64,000 nt of DNA from Lytechinus pictus (lineage: Eukaryota). The notes beneath the pieces are model-generated. The model was not told the origin of the DNA and ran no database searches. It saw only the letters and a list, made by a program, of their open reading frames with translations. Positions 22,203-35,143 of the stretch are shown in pieces (position 1 is the first letter of the stretch; each line of letters opens with the position of its first letter). The stretch spans positions 24,058,001 through 24,122,000 of the forward strand of contig NC_087245.1 of NCBI RefSeq assembly GCF_037042905.1, in the 5' to 3' direction. The translations under genes were made by a program, and so were the position numbers.

Positions 22203-23252
22203 ATGAATCTAACGCACGAGGCAAACAGCACATCAGTATTTGTCCGAGATGTAGAACCACTAACTATGTTAATCTATGTTGCTGTTCTCGTAACGGAAGT
22301 GGTTCTGAACATCGCCGTTCTGACTGTCATTACCCAACAGACAGAACTCCAGGAATACATGATAATCCTCTATCGAACATTGGCAACATTGGATATGCTT
22401 CTCGGTATCGTCTGGTGTACCTGGTCCTTCGTGTGGTTTTATGCCCAAAGCCTTTGGAACTGTACAGTTGCCAGTAAGGTCTTTCCGTTCCTCCAAAGAT
22501 GTCTTATCCTGAGTGCCATGGCCTGTCTTTGCGGCATCAGCTTTAATCTGTATCTCCTGATCACAAGACCACTTCGCTACCACATCGTTGTCACGAAGCA
22601 ACGATTCTTTCTTGTCCTAGCTTTAACGCTTATTGTTATCATACTGATCTGTTTGGTCTACTTACCAATACCTTACTCGTCATTTTCAGAGATCACCAAT
22701 GCAGTGATCGCCCGTTGCCTGAACCGCAGAGTTGGTATTTTAACAGATCAAACTCACGCAATCGACGCTTTGCTCATCGTTGTTCCAGTATGCATAGCCC
22801 TTGTATTTACCCTAATAATTTACGGGAAACTTCTGGTAATCGTCTACAAGAAAAGACGCGTCGATGTCAACATACGGTTGCGGCGGCAAGCGAGAGCCAT
22901 ATGGGTTCTGCAACGAAAAAACGCGAATGCGGACCATGATAATTTACCTCGTCGTCGTCCAAGTAATAACGCTCTTGAGCTCAGTGGCCAAATGGTAGAA
23001 GAACAAAACGCCGGCTTCTACAAACGATTCAAGGGAATCATCACAGTTCTCCTTCTCTATGGTTCTTTCTGTGCAGTTTGGATTCCGTATATCGTTCACT
23101 TCTCGTTGGACCAGGAGCCAAGCTGGCTTGAGATGTTCCTTGACGTGATAGCATTGAGCAACACTTGGACCCAACCCATGGTGTATCTCCTGACCAACGA
23201 AGAGGCTAGGAAATTGTGTTGTAAATTTCTCAAACGGTACTGCATATTATAG
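22203..23252 (+). CDS. Intronless rhodopsin-class (class A) 7TM GPCR, 349 aa, putative chemoreceptor-type
   Basis: Single long ORF; first ATG at 22203. N-terminal N-glycosylation sites (NLT, NST), seven hydrophobic segments, TM3 end ISFNLYLLITRPLRY, TM6 CAVWIPY, TM7 WTQPMVYLLTNEEAR. Confidence 0.9.
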   Translation: MNLTHEANSTSVFVRDVEPLTMLIYVAVLVTEVVLNIAVLTVITQQTELQEYMIILYRTLATLDMLLGIVWCTWSFVWFYAQSLWNCTVASKVFPFLQRCLILSAMACLCGISFNLYLLITRPLRYHIVVTKQRFFLVLALTLIVIILICLVYLPIPYSSFSEITNAVIARCLNRRVGILTDQTHAIDALLIVVPVCIALVFTLIIYGKLLVIVYKKRRVDVNIRLRRQARAIWVLQRKNANADHDNLPRRRPSNNALELSGQMVEEQNAGFYKRFKGIITVLLLYGSFCAVWIPYIVHFSLDQEPSWLEMFLDVIALSNTWTQPMVYLLTNEEARKLCCKFLKRYCIL

Positions 23253-23879
23253 GGCATTGAAGAATATATCAACTTGTAAAAGCAGATATAGGTCCCGTAT
23301 CATACCATAATAAGAGAGTCTCAATCGCAAAGTTGAGAAGATCTCAAGGTCGTTCTGATCAAGATTATCATTCTTTAGGTCTATCTCAAGGTTGTAATTT
23401 TTCTGAATCAAACTCTTTTAAGTCAGGGTCCAGATTTCTTATTTAGAACAGGGCGGCCCACATTTTCCCGTGTGTTTTTAGTAAAAGTTCTTCGTAAATT
23501 TTAACCACGATCAACTATACACTTGATCGGTGACCTGGTCTGGTGCAACGTGAGATCCCCTCAAATGTCCTGTATTAGCATACACGAACTGGGTTTCCTT
23601 GAAAACTATTCGATATCTAATACAAAAGTTCAGTCTACAAAATTTGGGATTAAACCCTAGCAGATCGTAGGTCTCAAAATAATTTCAAATCCGATATACC
23701 ACCTTTATCGTATAAGGGTTGTTTTACATTCATGGTAACCAAACTGTCTCATTTGACTAAAATATAGAAAATAAGTACTCTTATATACCAAAATAGGATT
23801 AATATCTTATCATGATACGTCTAACTATGCGTAAAAACACCGAATTCAGAGTGCATTTTGGCGCGCACGCACGCACACA

Positions 23880-24030
23880 CAGGGGCAGCGGAACGGTTTT
23901 CAAAGTGGGGGGGGGGGGGGCTGACCATGCATAAAATCACAATCATAATATGGTCATTTTTACATTTTTGTACACGGTTTTGGAAAAAAGTGGGGGGCTG
24001 AAGCCACCCCCCCCCCTTCCGCGGCCCCTG
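23880..24030. mobile_element. Short hAT-like MITE family B, copy 2
   Basis: Same TIRs and internal sequence as 19404-19550; inserted in a CA repeat. Confidence 0.8.
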
Positions 24031-24536
24031 ACACACACACACATACACAAAATGTTTCAGTGTTTAAATAATTGCATTTCAATTATCCCTTCTGATTGTT
24101 AAAAAAATCTGATTTCCAATAATAAACATGCGAGGACTCGAAAAAAAATGAGACAGTTATTTTGACCCCAAAAATGTAATGGTACATATGTTTTTTCAAT
24201 AATCTGATTTTTTCTTGCAGGTACCTCTAACCATGCCCTAACAGGACACAATAGCTCGCCATGTTAGATTTGATATTGAAGTACACGCATTTATTTTTAT
24301 TTACCCTGTAAACAGCTTTATGAAACTGTAGAAACACTGATCATGACCCTATGCTTTTCAGTTCTGGTAACCAGGAGTATTATCATTATATGAAGTAATT
24401 ACAACCTCTCATTTAACTGACATTCTTGGAACATTATCAACAGATTGTTGGAGATTTTACCACATCCGAAGACTTTGCTTATGATTTTTTTTTAGTTATC
24501 ATTTTTTTTCTTCCTTTAATAATGGCCAATTTGTAG

Positions 24537-24685
24537 TGGAACCGTATTGGTGTAGCGGTTCTGACTCTCCTCTTGTAATGAGAAGGTCGTGTGTTCGAAT
24601 TCCTCAGCGATTTAGCCTTGGCGTCCTTTCGCAAGGCTTCAATTCACACGTGACACTTTGCCACCCTCTTTCCGGGTGGGTGTTA
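24537..24685 (+). mobile_element. Degenerate tRNA-derived SINE fragment
   Basis: TGGTGTAGCGG A-box-like and GTTCGAATTCC B-box-like motifs followed by a SINE-like body (GCGTCCTTTCGCAAGGC). Confidence 0.5.
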
Positions 24686-25387
24686 TGATCGACTTTACGA
24701 ATGACTGGTGATCCTCTCTTAGGAGCTAATTAAACATCAATGATAATTTTATGCGCATAATATAGGCCTAACTAAAGGAAGGACCACCACGCAGTCCTTC
24801 GTAAAGTCGTTCGTAACTTTACAGCTTTATGAAATGGTGATACGACAATGCTCCTGCGATATTTGCCCCGGCCTTAATATCTAGGGTTAGAGTTTGGATT
24901 ATAATAGAGTTTTGATTCGAATAATGTAACGAACGATTGGGATTAGGGTTTCCGTCAGGGACGGATCCATGATTTTTCCGAAAGGGGGGTGACACATTTT
25001 CCCGAGGAAAAATTTGACAAGCAAAAAAAGGGCGGGGGTTAACAAAAAATGAAGGGTATTTCGTCCACGAAAAAAAAGGTATTCACTTTTAAAGGGGGAG
25101 GGGGCACACTTCTGTTTTAACGGCATTTTTACATTACGAATTTTAATTGTGCCTCTCAAAGGGATGGGGGATGGGGGTGGCACGGGCCGGCTTAGCCTTG
25201 CATTCTGTACGGGAATTCCAGGATGTTTTAAGTAAATTCTATTTTTTTTGGGGGGGGGGGAACCTTACTTTCAATTTGGACTTAAGTTGGATGCGTTAAT
25301 TAATTTCGCCAGAGATCGATAAGTGTAGTCTGTAAAATTATTTTGATTGTTTTGTTTCGTTGTATTATTCTTTATTTATGTTCATTA

Positions 25388-25668
25388 CATGGCCCTCGGA
25401 AGCGGGGTGCTGGGGCTGCTGACGCATCCACAAAAATTACATTGGGGGTGCTGCGTGTATTATTCTCCATAGGCAGCACCCCCAGGTACTCTGGGGAAAA
25501 ATGTAACCAAAACGACCTTCGTTTCGTAGTGAAATATTTTTATTTTTTTTGCTTTTCAAATTTCTGGGCAATAATTGATCTCCGTTTTGTAGTAAAAACT
25601 CCCCTTTTTTGCTCTTCAAATATAGGCCTACATCAGCACCCCACTCAAAAAATCGTTCCCAGGGCCCT
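25388..25668. mobile_element. hAT-like MITE family C (CATGGCCC..GGGCCCTG)
   Basis: Imperfect TIRs and CAGCACCCC motifs; related copies near 47951, 53416 and 57909. Confidence 0.6.
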
Positions 25669-26713
25669 GAATAATGAACTTCATTATTGATGCCAATATG
25701 ACATTTAATGTTGTTATTGGTCTTACTGGGGGCCCGTTGCAGAAAAAGTTATGATCAAACGTAACTAAAAATATATCTTGTGCAACTTGATTTTCTGCCA
25801 ATGAATCACCCGTATTCGGGACTTGCGCTTGATATTTCGACTTGCGTTTAAACGCAACTCTTTCTGCAACAAGACCCTGATCACTTCCACTTTTTATGAT
25901 TTACTATAAATATTTAAAAAGAGATGTATGTGCAGGAAATTAAACAATGACCAAGAAGTAACAAATTCTGCTACATTTAAATAATAGTCGTTCTTGAATT
26001 CGGATCATTAGTAATATCCGTTCGAGACCCTATAGGCTTAACAATTATATTGTATGTCATTTGTAAATTATGATTGTGATTAATTTGTTATGAATCGTCG
26101 AGAATTCTCGGGGGGGGGGTTAGAACGAATTATATTACGTCATATTGTACATTATGGCTTGTAATTTTTTTTTACTTTGCTAGGTTATATTCAACATAAT
26201 GTTGTACAACTGTGAAAAGGAAAATCTATCAAATCAAATCATTGTTTGTGGTTGCTTTATCACATTGTACATGTGTACAATATGTATATAAAGACTAAGT
26301 ATCAAGCCTTTCAACTTTCACATTGCTCACGTACCGCAGATTCTACGTCACCCTTGAGTTTTCTAAATAAACCTTTCGGAGATATTAAGCAGTAATCGAG
26401 ATAGCGAGGATGTATGCAAAAGCTATTCAACAAGCCCAATTATTACTTTCTGTTAAAAGCCAAACGTTTGCTTCCTTAATGCGTTCATCATGACTTTCAC
26501 CTCGCTCTTTTTATGTGTCTTATTGGCAGTTGATCAAATTATGGACGTTGAAAATGAGTGGGCCATGTTGGCAGAAAGAATCCATGTAGGCCTACATTAT
26601 GGAAATGTCAACAGTAGGTTCGTCTATAGTTTGTTTACCAGGAAATAAAGCTCCATGCATTCAGCGGCAATGATTTTGATCAGTCATTGCCAGATTTGAA
26701 GTCCATATACGAA

Positions 26714-26913
26714 CACTCTTAAAATGTTGGGCAACATACTGTCCACACAACAATTGGTTAAAAAAAAGATATCCAACTCTGGGTATAGTTTTCAACCAAT
26801 ACTGTGTAGTTTTCTTCCAAAGCACACATTATTGGATTAAAACTACCCAGCATTGGATAAAGTTTTAACCAACTGTTGTGTGGACAGTATGTTGCCCAAC
26901 ATTTTTACGAGTG
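26714..26913. mobile_element. CACT..AGTG MITE (EnSpm/CACTA-like) with ~48-bp TIRs
   Basis: CACTCTTAAAATGTTGGGCAACATACTGTCCACACAACA.TTGGTTAAAA is inverted at the right end; 2-bp flank AA on both sides. Confidence 0.75.
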
Positions 26914-27614
26914 AATGTGTTGCAAGTAATGTTGCTGTGCTACTCTCTTTCTAGGGATGTAGAAAAGCAAGAAAGTTTTCAACTTTGCACCCCAGACCCA
27001 GCACTTGTAGCATCCTTGTGGGCGCAACCCCCTCTCCTGGTACCAAAATATACCTTTTAGTTCGCATTTGAACCTCTAAGGGGTGACCTTTTTGATTATT
27101 TTGTAAAGGGATCCAAAAAGAGTGCAACATATACGTAGTTAACTGCATCTTTATAGGTGCAAAAACTGAAGAGTACAAATTTGCACCAAAAAGGTTCCCC
27201 CAGTGGTGCATTCTGATGGTTGCAAAATAGCACATTATTTTTTCTATTTTTTTTCTACTGAATTATTGAGTTAATAGTGGCGTAACTGTGAGGTGGTACG
27301 CCACTTTGAGAAATATCTTGGCTATAGAACAAACAACATCTCCTTCTTGAGTGACATGAATGGAACCGCGTTATCTGTAATACAATCATTGGGCGTTTGA
27401 TTTGACCAGGGAAGAGGGAGGTTAACCTCAAACTTCCATGATTTGATTTTGAAAGGTATTGGTCTTTCTTTTATGTAAAAAAAATCACCCCTCGATGTCA
27501 GTCATTGCCGATGTTCACGTTCTGCTTTTCTTGGCATACTAACATCCGATCACCTTGATGTATTTGCTGTATAACGATCAATGTTGGCAGTAGGGCGTAG
27601 TGAGGAAGTGCGAA

Positions 27615-28649
27615 ATGGCGAAAGGACCCACTCCAAACAGCACATTGCTGGCAGTCAGAGAAATAGATTCCGAAGTAGCAGTCATCTACGTTTTTATCAT
27701 CGTAATGAGTATTTTGTTAAACACAGCAGTTCTCGTGGTTATTCAGCAACAGAAAAGCCTGAACGAATACATGCAAATCCTATACAAAACACTGGCAATT
27801 GTTAATCTGATTCTAGGGATTGTATGGTCTTCTTGGTCTCTCATCTGGTTCTGTTTCAAGACCGAAGAAAACTGCTGCATCACCAACAAGATATTTCCTT
27901 TCTTCCATCGAACCCTTGTCCTATCGGTCATGGCTTGTATCTGTGGAATCACCTTCAATCTATATCTCCTGGTCTCGAGGCCATTGAGGTACCATAGCTT
28001 GGTGACAAGATCAAAATTCGCTATCGTCTTCGTGACAATAATGATAGCTATATTACTGGTGGGGAGTACTTATATACCTTTACCAGTTCGACCATTTTCA
28101 TTGATATCAGGTGTCTTATTGAAGCATTGTCTGGATGACGGTCTAGGTATAAGTAACGATCAAGGATCATCTATCGAAGGCTTAATACTCTTACTTCCCA
28201 TCTCCCTCGCTCTATCATTCACTTTAGGGATTTACATATATCTCCTAGCGATTGCCTGTAAGAAGAAGACGGTCGGAGTCAACTTAAAATTAGTCAATCT
28301 TCGCCAGAATGCGGTAGATGATGGCACTGATCATTCACCAACCGATCCACAAAATCAAAACGATCAGAGAAGAGATATGGAGCGACAAAGTCAGGAAGGG
28401 TTCTACAAACGGTTCAAGGGTGTGCTGACAGTTCTCCTCTTATGGGGTTCTTCTTGTATCCTTTGGATATCGTACATCCTCCAGTTTTCCCTTAATAAAA
28501 CACCACCCTGGATAAAGGTGCTTCTTGATGTTGTGGCCGTGAGTAGTACCTGGATTCAACCTATCTTGTATTTACTTACCAATGAGGAAGCAAGAGGACT
28601 GTGTCTGAGATCTATTCAGCGAAATGGAAAGGTTACTAGAAAACACTAA
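27615..28649 (+). CDS. Intronless rhodopsin-class 7TM GPCR, 344 aa, paralog of the 22203-23252 gene
   Basis: First ATG at 27615. Shares with GPCR1 FNLYLL..RPLRYH, GFYKRFKG..TVLLL.GS and W.QP..YLLTNEEAR; seven hydrophobic segments. Confidence 0.9.
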   Translation: MAKGPTPNSTLLAVREIDSEVAVIYVFIIVMSILLNTAVLVVIQQQKSLNEYMQILYKTLAIVNLILGIVWSSWSLIWFCFKTEENCCITNKIFPFFHRTLVLSVMACICGITFNLYLLVSRPLRYHSLVTRSKFAIVFVTIMIAILLVGSTYIPLPVRPFSLISGVLLKHCLDDGLGISNDQGSSIEGLILLLPISLALSFTLGIYIYLLAIACKKKTVGVNLKLVNLRQNAVDDGTDHSPTDPQNQNDQRRDMERQSQEGFYKRFKGVLTVLLLWGSSCILWISYILQFSLNKTPPWIKVLLDVVAVSSTWIQPILYLLTNEEARGLCLRSIQRNGKVTRKH

Positions 28650-30371
28650 AAATGTATTTAAAAAATATATATATTGTCAAGGTTCGTAGGCTGAATAATC
28701 AAATAGTAAATGTTTTAGGTAAATTATGGAATAACAATAAAGTAGACTGGTCATGTTTCATAATAAAAACAATTATAATTGTTAACAGTTTATACAATCA
28801 TATATGTATTACTTGAAGTGAGTTGCAAAAAATCAAAAGTCAATACTTGTGTAAAATAATATGAATTGATCTACAGACAAAGCGTACAAGAGTACGACAC
28901 CAAAGTAGAAATCCCAGGACTGTCAAATTATATTTTTTGGCATGTTCTTCTCCATTAATTACAATAGCATTTATTTCAACCATACTAATATTGACTGTAA
29001 TGTGTCATCAAACGTATAGAAGTTTAAGATTAAAAAAGAAGTAACTTATTATCATGGTGACTTAGGTTATCTTGCCAAATTAAATCCTAGAATGTTAAAA
29101 GTCGCCATGTCAAAATAATTTATTGTAATCTATGAAGCTTTACCAACCTATAATCATAATTATCATATTTCTTTCTAATCAGATTTGTTTACCTATCGTA
29201 TATACACATGCATTTTATATTAGTCATATTCTTTTTTGGAATTCAGATATTATCACAATGACTCAATATTTTTTCCAAACCATTTAATGTGATTAACTAA
29301 TATGTAATAATAATGGGTGTTGGTTAAGACTATAGGAAATTTTGATTGGCCATATATATGAATTATCAAATATCTATAATACATATTGTTTCGAAAGGAA
29401 TTTCTTTTTAAAATAATTGTATGCACAACTATTGCAAATTTGGTTCAAAGGTGTTTTGTTTAGGAAATTAACGGATGTCTAAACTATTTCTTTTTTTTCG
29501 CCTGGTTGCCCTCATATTCTAACTGACTTCCATTATTATTAATCATCAACTGGTGTTAGAATTTTTAAATGTCTTTTTTTTTCTTTGAGGTATACGCCTT
29601 TATCAATAGTAAACAGGTAATTTTGGCTAATGGATTTATATGCAAGACATATTTTCCTGTTTTAGGATTACTCTGGTATGATATCCTCCATACAGTAAGG
29701 CTGAAGGAAAATAAAATACATCTTAAGATACACTAAATTTTATGGGTCTATAACAAATACAGATCGGCTACGGTTGACCGAATATTTACTCCAGATTTTA
29801 AATTCAAACAACTGAATATTTAAAATTTAAGATTTTTATTAACATCCTTTGAGTTTTGAAAATGAATATCAAGAATTTAAATCCAGAATTTAGTTGGATT
29901 GACCGCAGTCCGTCTGGATTTTATCCCTGTGATTTAAATAAAAGATCATAACATCTTTAGTTGTAGATGTTTTCCCTCCTATTTCATACATCGACAATTT
30001 GAAATAAAGATTGTATTGTCTTTAATAATCTATTATCGCGTTTCTGTAGACCTATGAAATAAAAGCAATATGTTTTTTCTTCGTCCTTAACGGAGCAGGA
30101 TTATGAATTTTGTGTTCGTCTCCTAATTGACTATGTCCAATATATATATTATGAGTGGACAAAATAAGCCTTCACACAATCACTGCGTGATGGAAGTTCT
30201 CGTCAGGTCTGAAATTACTGTATTGACCAGTGTAATACATCATCATAGTCATACACCTATCATTCATAGAGTGGTCCCATTAGTACAGTAGGGGAATGCT
30301 GATCATTGCATTCAACGGGTTAATTGATATCATCTTGATTATTATGATGTGGCAAATTAATTGTTTTATGC

Positions 30372-33300
30372 CTAACGTATTAAGCTGTTCTTCTTGGATG
30401 ATCCCATGAGTGACTTGGCGAGGTTGCTGAATGGAATCTCTACCACCAGCCACAGGAAGAGAGCTGCACCGTACGACACGAGGATTATTCCCGATACTCC
30501 AAACGCCTAATTCATCAATAAAGAAAATAACAACAACAATTATGATTTTATTACTTCTACTACTACTACTACTACTACTACTAGTAATCATAAAAATAAT
30601 TATGATGATAATAATAATTGGAATAATGATAAAAATGATAATAACAATAATGATGGTAATGACAATAACAATAATAAAATTAATAATAATGATAAGAAGA
30701 AAAAGGAGAAGAATATTCTTTTAAGTTTGTTGGAGATATAGCCAACTTTGAGAGAAATGGATGTGATGTAATAGAAAATTGTGACATGCTTAAGGCCCGG
30801 TCACACCGCCCGAACTTTGTTGCAGCATTTCTTGAAAGGTAGGGGGAGAGGGGGCCGAATTTCGACAACGCTTGTCAACGCGCACAAAATGGAAAAAAGT
30901 AATCGAAAACACGGGTGTTGCCATAGCGGTGCACCGCTGAAGCCGGCGTTGCTTTAGCGTTGGTTTAACGGTAGCGAACGGTAGCGAGCGTTGGTTAAGC
31001 GGTGACGCAAGCGTTAAACGCCAAACCAAAGTTCATCACCGCAATGCTATTCAACAACCGACACCAATCCAGCAATCCCGAGTCCACTCGTACAACGCTT
31101 GCAACCGCTCCATCAAGTTTGTGCAACGTTTAATCACCGCCCGTGCAAAGCTGGCGAAGCAGCGGTGGCCCAGCGTTCAATATTTATGTGTTGGCCTAGG
31201 GGCCCAAGCGTCCAAGAATTTGCGTCTAGCGGTGCCAATCTTCGACTGGGCGTTGTTGGAGCGGTGGTGAACTTTGCCGGAGCTGAAAATTGCCCGCTCT
31301 CACCGCTCGCAATATTTTGTGCAGCTCAAAACTTTCGGAGCGGTAGGAGGGGCCATTAGCGGTGGCCGAGCGTATACGGCGTTGCGTTAACGGGGGCCAA
31401 CTTCTGTTAAACGGCAGTGAACGGTAACGAGCGGTGATGAATTTTTTCACCGCTCCCGGAACGCTCCAGCAAAGTTCTGGCGGTGTGACCGGGCCTTAAG
31501 AAGTATGTGGGCGAATGAGTGTGTCAATATATGTGTGGGTGTGTTATAGATGACAGTATGGGGTAGGATGGGTTTGTTGGTGTGTGGGTGTAATACATGA
31601 GGGTGGGTATGATTGTGTATTAAATGGGGCACTGTTTTGTTATTGAGTGGGTGTACATTATTTGGGTCTGTGTTTAGGGGAGGGTGTGTAATAGATGGAA
31701 GAATAAATGTTTTTGTATGCGATTCAGGAAAAATGGAGGGGGTGAAGCCCCCAGGCTCCCGACTCCGTGGCCCCTAGTCAGAGCGTTATTCAGCGTCATG
31801 CCTTCTTTAAAAGAAAAGTGGGTTATATTGTATAGCTTGGGAATTCCATATTAAGGGGAGAAAATCAACAAAAGTATTTAATATTCATAATGCTATATAA
31901 AGTTAACCCTATTTCAAGAATAGCTTTCAGGATTAATGAAGGGGTAACCCACCACACTGAAGATGACCATATAAAATATATAAATACTTATTCATTTACA
32001 TCTAGAATCTTTGTTTATATATGAAATAAATGATATCCGAGGTACTCACGAACATGATGTTGGTATAAAAGTACGTGCTTCGGAAATTAAAAGTGATGAT
32101 AGTCAGTATGATGGGATGAAGTAAGTAGTTGGAATATGAGAGCCGACTGAGGGGTATCCAAAATCTCCAAGACAACAGCGAATTGACCCAGCCTTTATTC
32201 AGAGAAAGAAAGATAGGTGGATGGGGGGGGGGGGGGGTAATAGGAGAGAAAAGGTAATTAGATGAGAGAGACGGTAGGCGGGTTATACCTATGTTTCTAG
32301 GTATTAAAATTACGATACACGATACACAAAACACACTGAACTCAGACATGAAAGATTTAAAAATAAAGCGTTTTGAATGAACTATAACTAGTTAACTTTG
32401 CATGCAAGACAAACTCTCTTCTGTGACAAAACTGTCATAAACAGAGTGATGAATGAGATAGAAGGTCAATATAAGGGAAATTTGTATGTATGCGTGTGTT
32501 AGGGAGAGAGAAAGGGAGAGAGATATTAAATGGCCAGATTCAAATTAACAATATACCCTCCCTCTCACCTCCGTAAAAAAAAGTTGGTCTTGAACATCTC
32601 AGTTAATAATTATAAGAATAACGAAAGATACAAACAAATATAAAACAGTTAAAAAGGAAAGAAAAACCCTATATTTGCTTTATCAAAGGTCACGTCTACC
32701 CATAAGAATGTTGGTTTGAATAAATAGAGAAAAATCGAACTAGCATAATGCTAAAAATTTCATTAAAATCGGATGTAAAATAAGAAAGTTATGACATTTT
32801 AAATTTTCGCTTATCTTTCACACCTAAGTGACATGCAAATGACTGAAATGACCCAGTCGATGATGTCCCTCACTCACTACTCCTATTGTTTTTTACTGTT
32901 TGAATTAAACAATATTTCGTTTTTTACAAATTTGATGATAAGGAACAACTTGACTAAACCATATAATATTAAACAATACTAATTCTACATGTTAAGAGAG
33001 GAATTAATCGTTGTTTTACTTGACAATGAGGATAAAATGGGAATATTTCATATTTCATGTAATAATATACAAAATTAATAGTGAGTGGATAACGTCATCA
33101 GTCTCCTCATTTGCATACCGACCAGGATATGCATATAACTGTTTTGTGAAATTAAGCGAAACTATCATAACTTTCTTATTTTACATCCAATTTTGATGAA
33201 ATTTCAGTGTTATGCTTATTGGATGTTTTCTCTTTTTCTTCAAATTCACTTTTTGTTGGGGGTGGACTTGTCCTTTAAGGGGAAACCGGATTTAATTAAA

Positions 33301-34865
33301 CGTAGGTCTATATTGTGATCTTACCTCCATATCCATGGTGACAAGCGATAACAACCCAGGCCACGCTGACAGCCCAAGCAAACTTCGACAACGCCATGTA
33401 CATGACGAAATACCTCCATTTGAAAGGGGTATACCCCAAATCGTTTTCACCAATTCTCTTCTCCAACCACTATAATCCCGATCTGCCCCCAAGCAAGAAA
33501 TTTAAGTATCAAAACACCTATTTCTTGACCTCGCTCTGAAGATAACTCGACAGCCCAGCACAGCAGGGGGTCACACACGATGGATTGCAACTTGTCTAAG
33601 AGCCTGCTATGGAGTTCCGTGTATACACGCGGTGAATGCATCGTGTGCGCAGCGCTTTAAGGGCAGTCCCTGCATGCAAAGCATAACCTAATTTTTATTC
33701 GCTTATTTTCCTTATTTCGAGGTCGATTTTCTTCGTTCGAAATTGAAAAAGGACTAATATTGGATGTCTGAATACAATATGCCTTTGAAAACGTGATTAA
33801 ATATCGAAGACAATAATTTAATTCCGAAGTTCCTTCTTCAGGCAGAGAAGTCTTACGTAATAGCACAGCTGTTGTTTATCATTTCGTCCTTGGCTTTACT
33901 GGCCTGTGGAGGTGAAATTGAGACAACGGGGATTACATGGCCAAGATGGGTTTATCGGGGCTTGGAAATGTTCAAATGAGAAATGAGAGTTTCAAACGAA
34001 TTTTGGGGTATATTACCGCAGTTTGCGACCCCAACAGCGGTGGAACTCCAAATGGGCTATTTTCGTAATGTAGGCCGCGCTGTCAGCAGTAGATAATTCG
34101 TTACCATGGTAACTTGGGTAGAAACCATACACACACGCCATCCCTATGGCAGATGTAGCTATCCAACCAAAAACAGCCATTATCTTTAGAGAAATCAATA
34201 AGTATATACGAAAATATGATTTTACATAGTGGAGAGCTTCTTGTCATGTACATGGATAATAATAAGTTACACCTTGCGAAACGGCGACCCATTTTTTTTA
34301 AGAAATCGAAAATAAGATATATACAGTATCACCCTTAAAACAGGTGTGGAAATGTAGCAGGTACGATGAAATTATATTAATCAATAACTCATAGGTACAC
34401 AAAGTACTAGTATAAATTTTACCTTAAAATTCAGATTCTTTATGTGGGGTGAGAAGAAAAAATGTGTTGCAGGTTTTTTTTTTTAAAGGTGAAAGTTGTT
34501 GATGACTTTCGAACAAAAATGGTGAAAGTCAAATGGCTTACTTTGCCAGCTTGAAAATGTAGATTAAGCTGACAACTAATTACAGCTGGAAAATCTACGT
34601 ACTGATATCTTCATGTGGGTTCTTGAAATTGTATAAATACATAATCATACATTGTTACAGTTCTGATAAAAATCGCAATCCTACATTATGCATAGTTGCT
34701 CCAAATAAGGATCGTTCAAAACACCATCAACATCTTTTGGGGGAAAAAAGAATAAATGTTGACTTTTAAAAATCCCTTATCGTATTTAATCAATATGACG
34801 TTTAGCAGTACACATTTCTACATAATTCTTTTTTTTATACATTACTACTACTACTAGTAGTACTG

Positions 34866-34961
<96 letters not shown>

Positions 34962-35090
34962 TTACTACTACTACTACTACTACTATTACTACTACCACCA
35001 CTACTACTAATACTCCTACTACTCCTACTACTACTACTACTACTACAACTACTACTACTACTAATACTACTACTACTACCACCACTACCA

Positions 35091-35143
<53 letters not shown>

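Noticed and set aside
31915..32000. Possible last exon of the NRF-6-like gene (FYMVIFSVVGYPFINPE)
   Set aside because: No usable in-phase acceptor; the exon at 30506-30372 (VSYGAALFLWLVVEIPF) fits far better.
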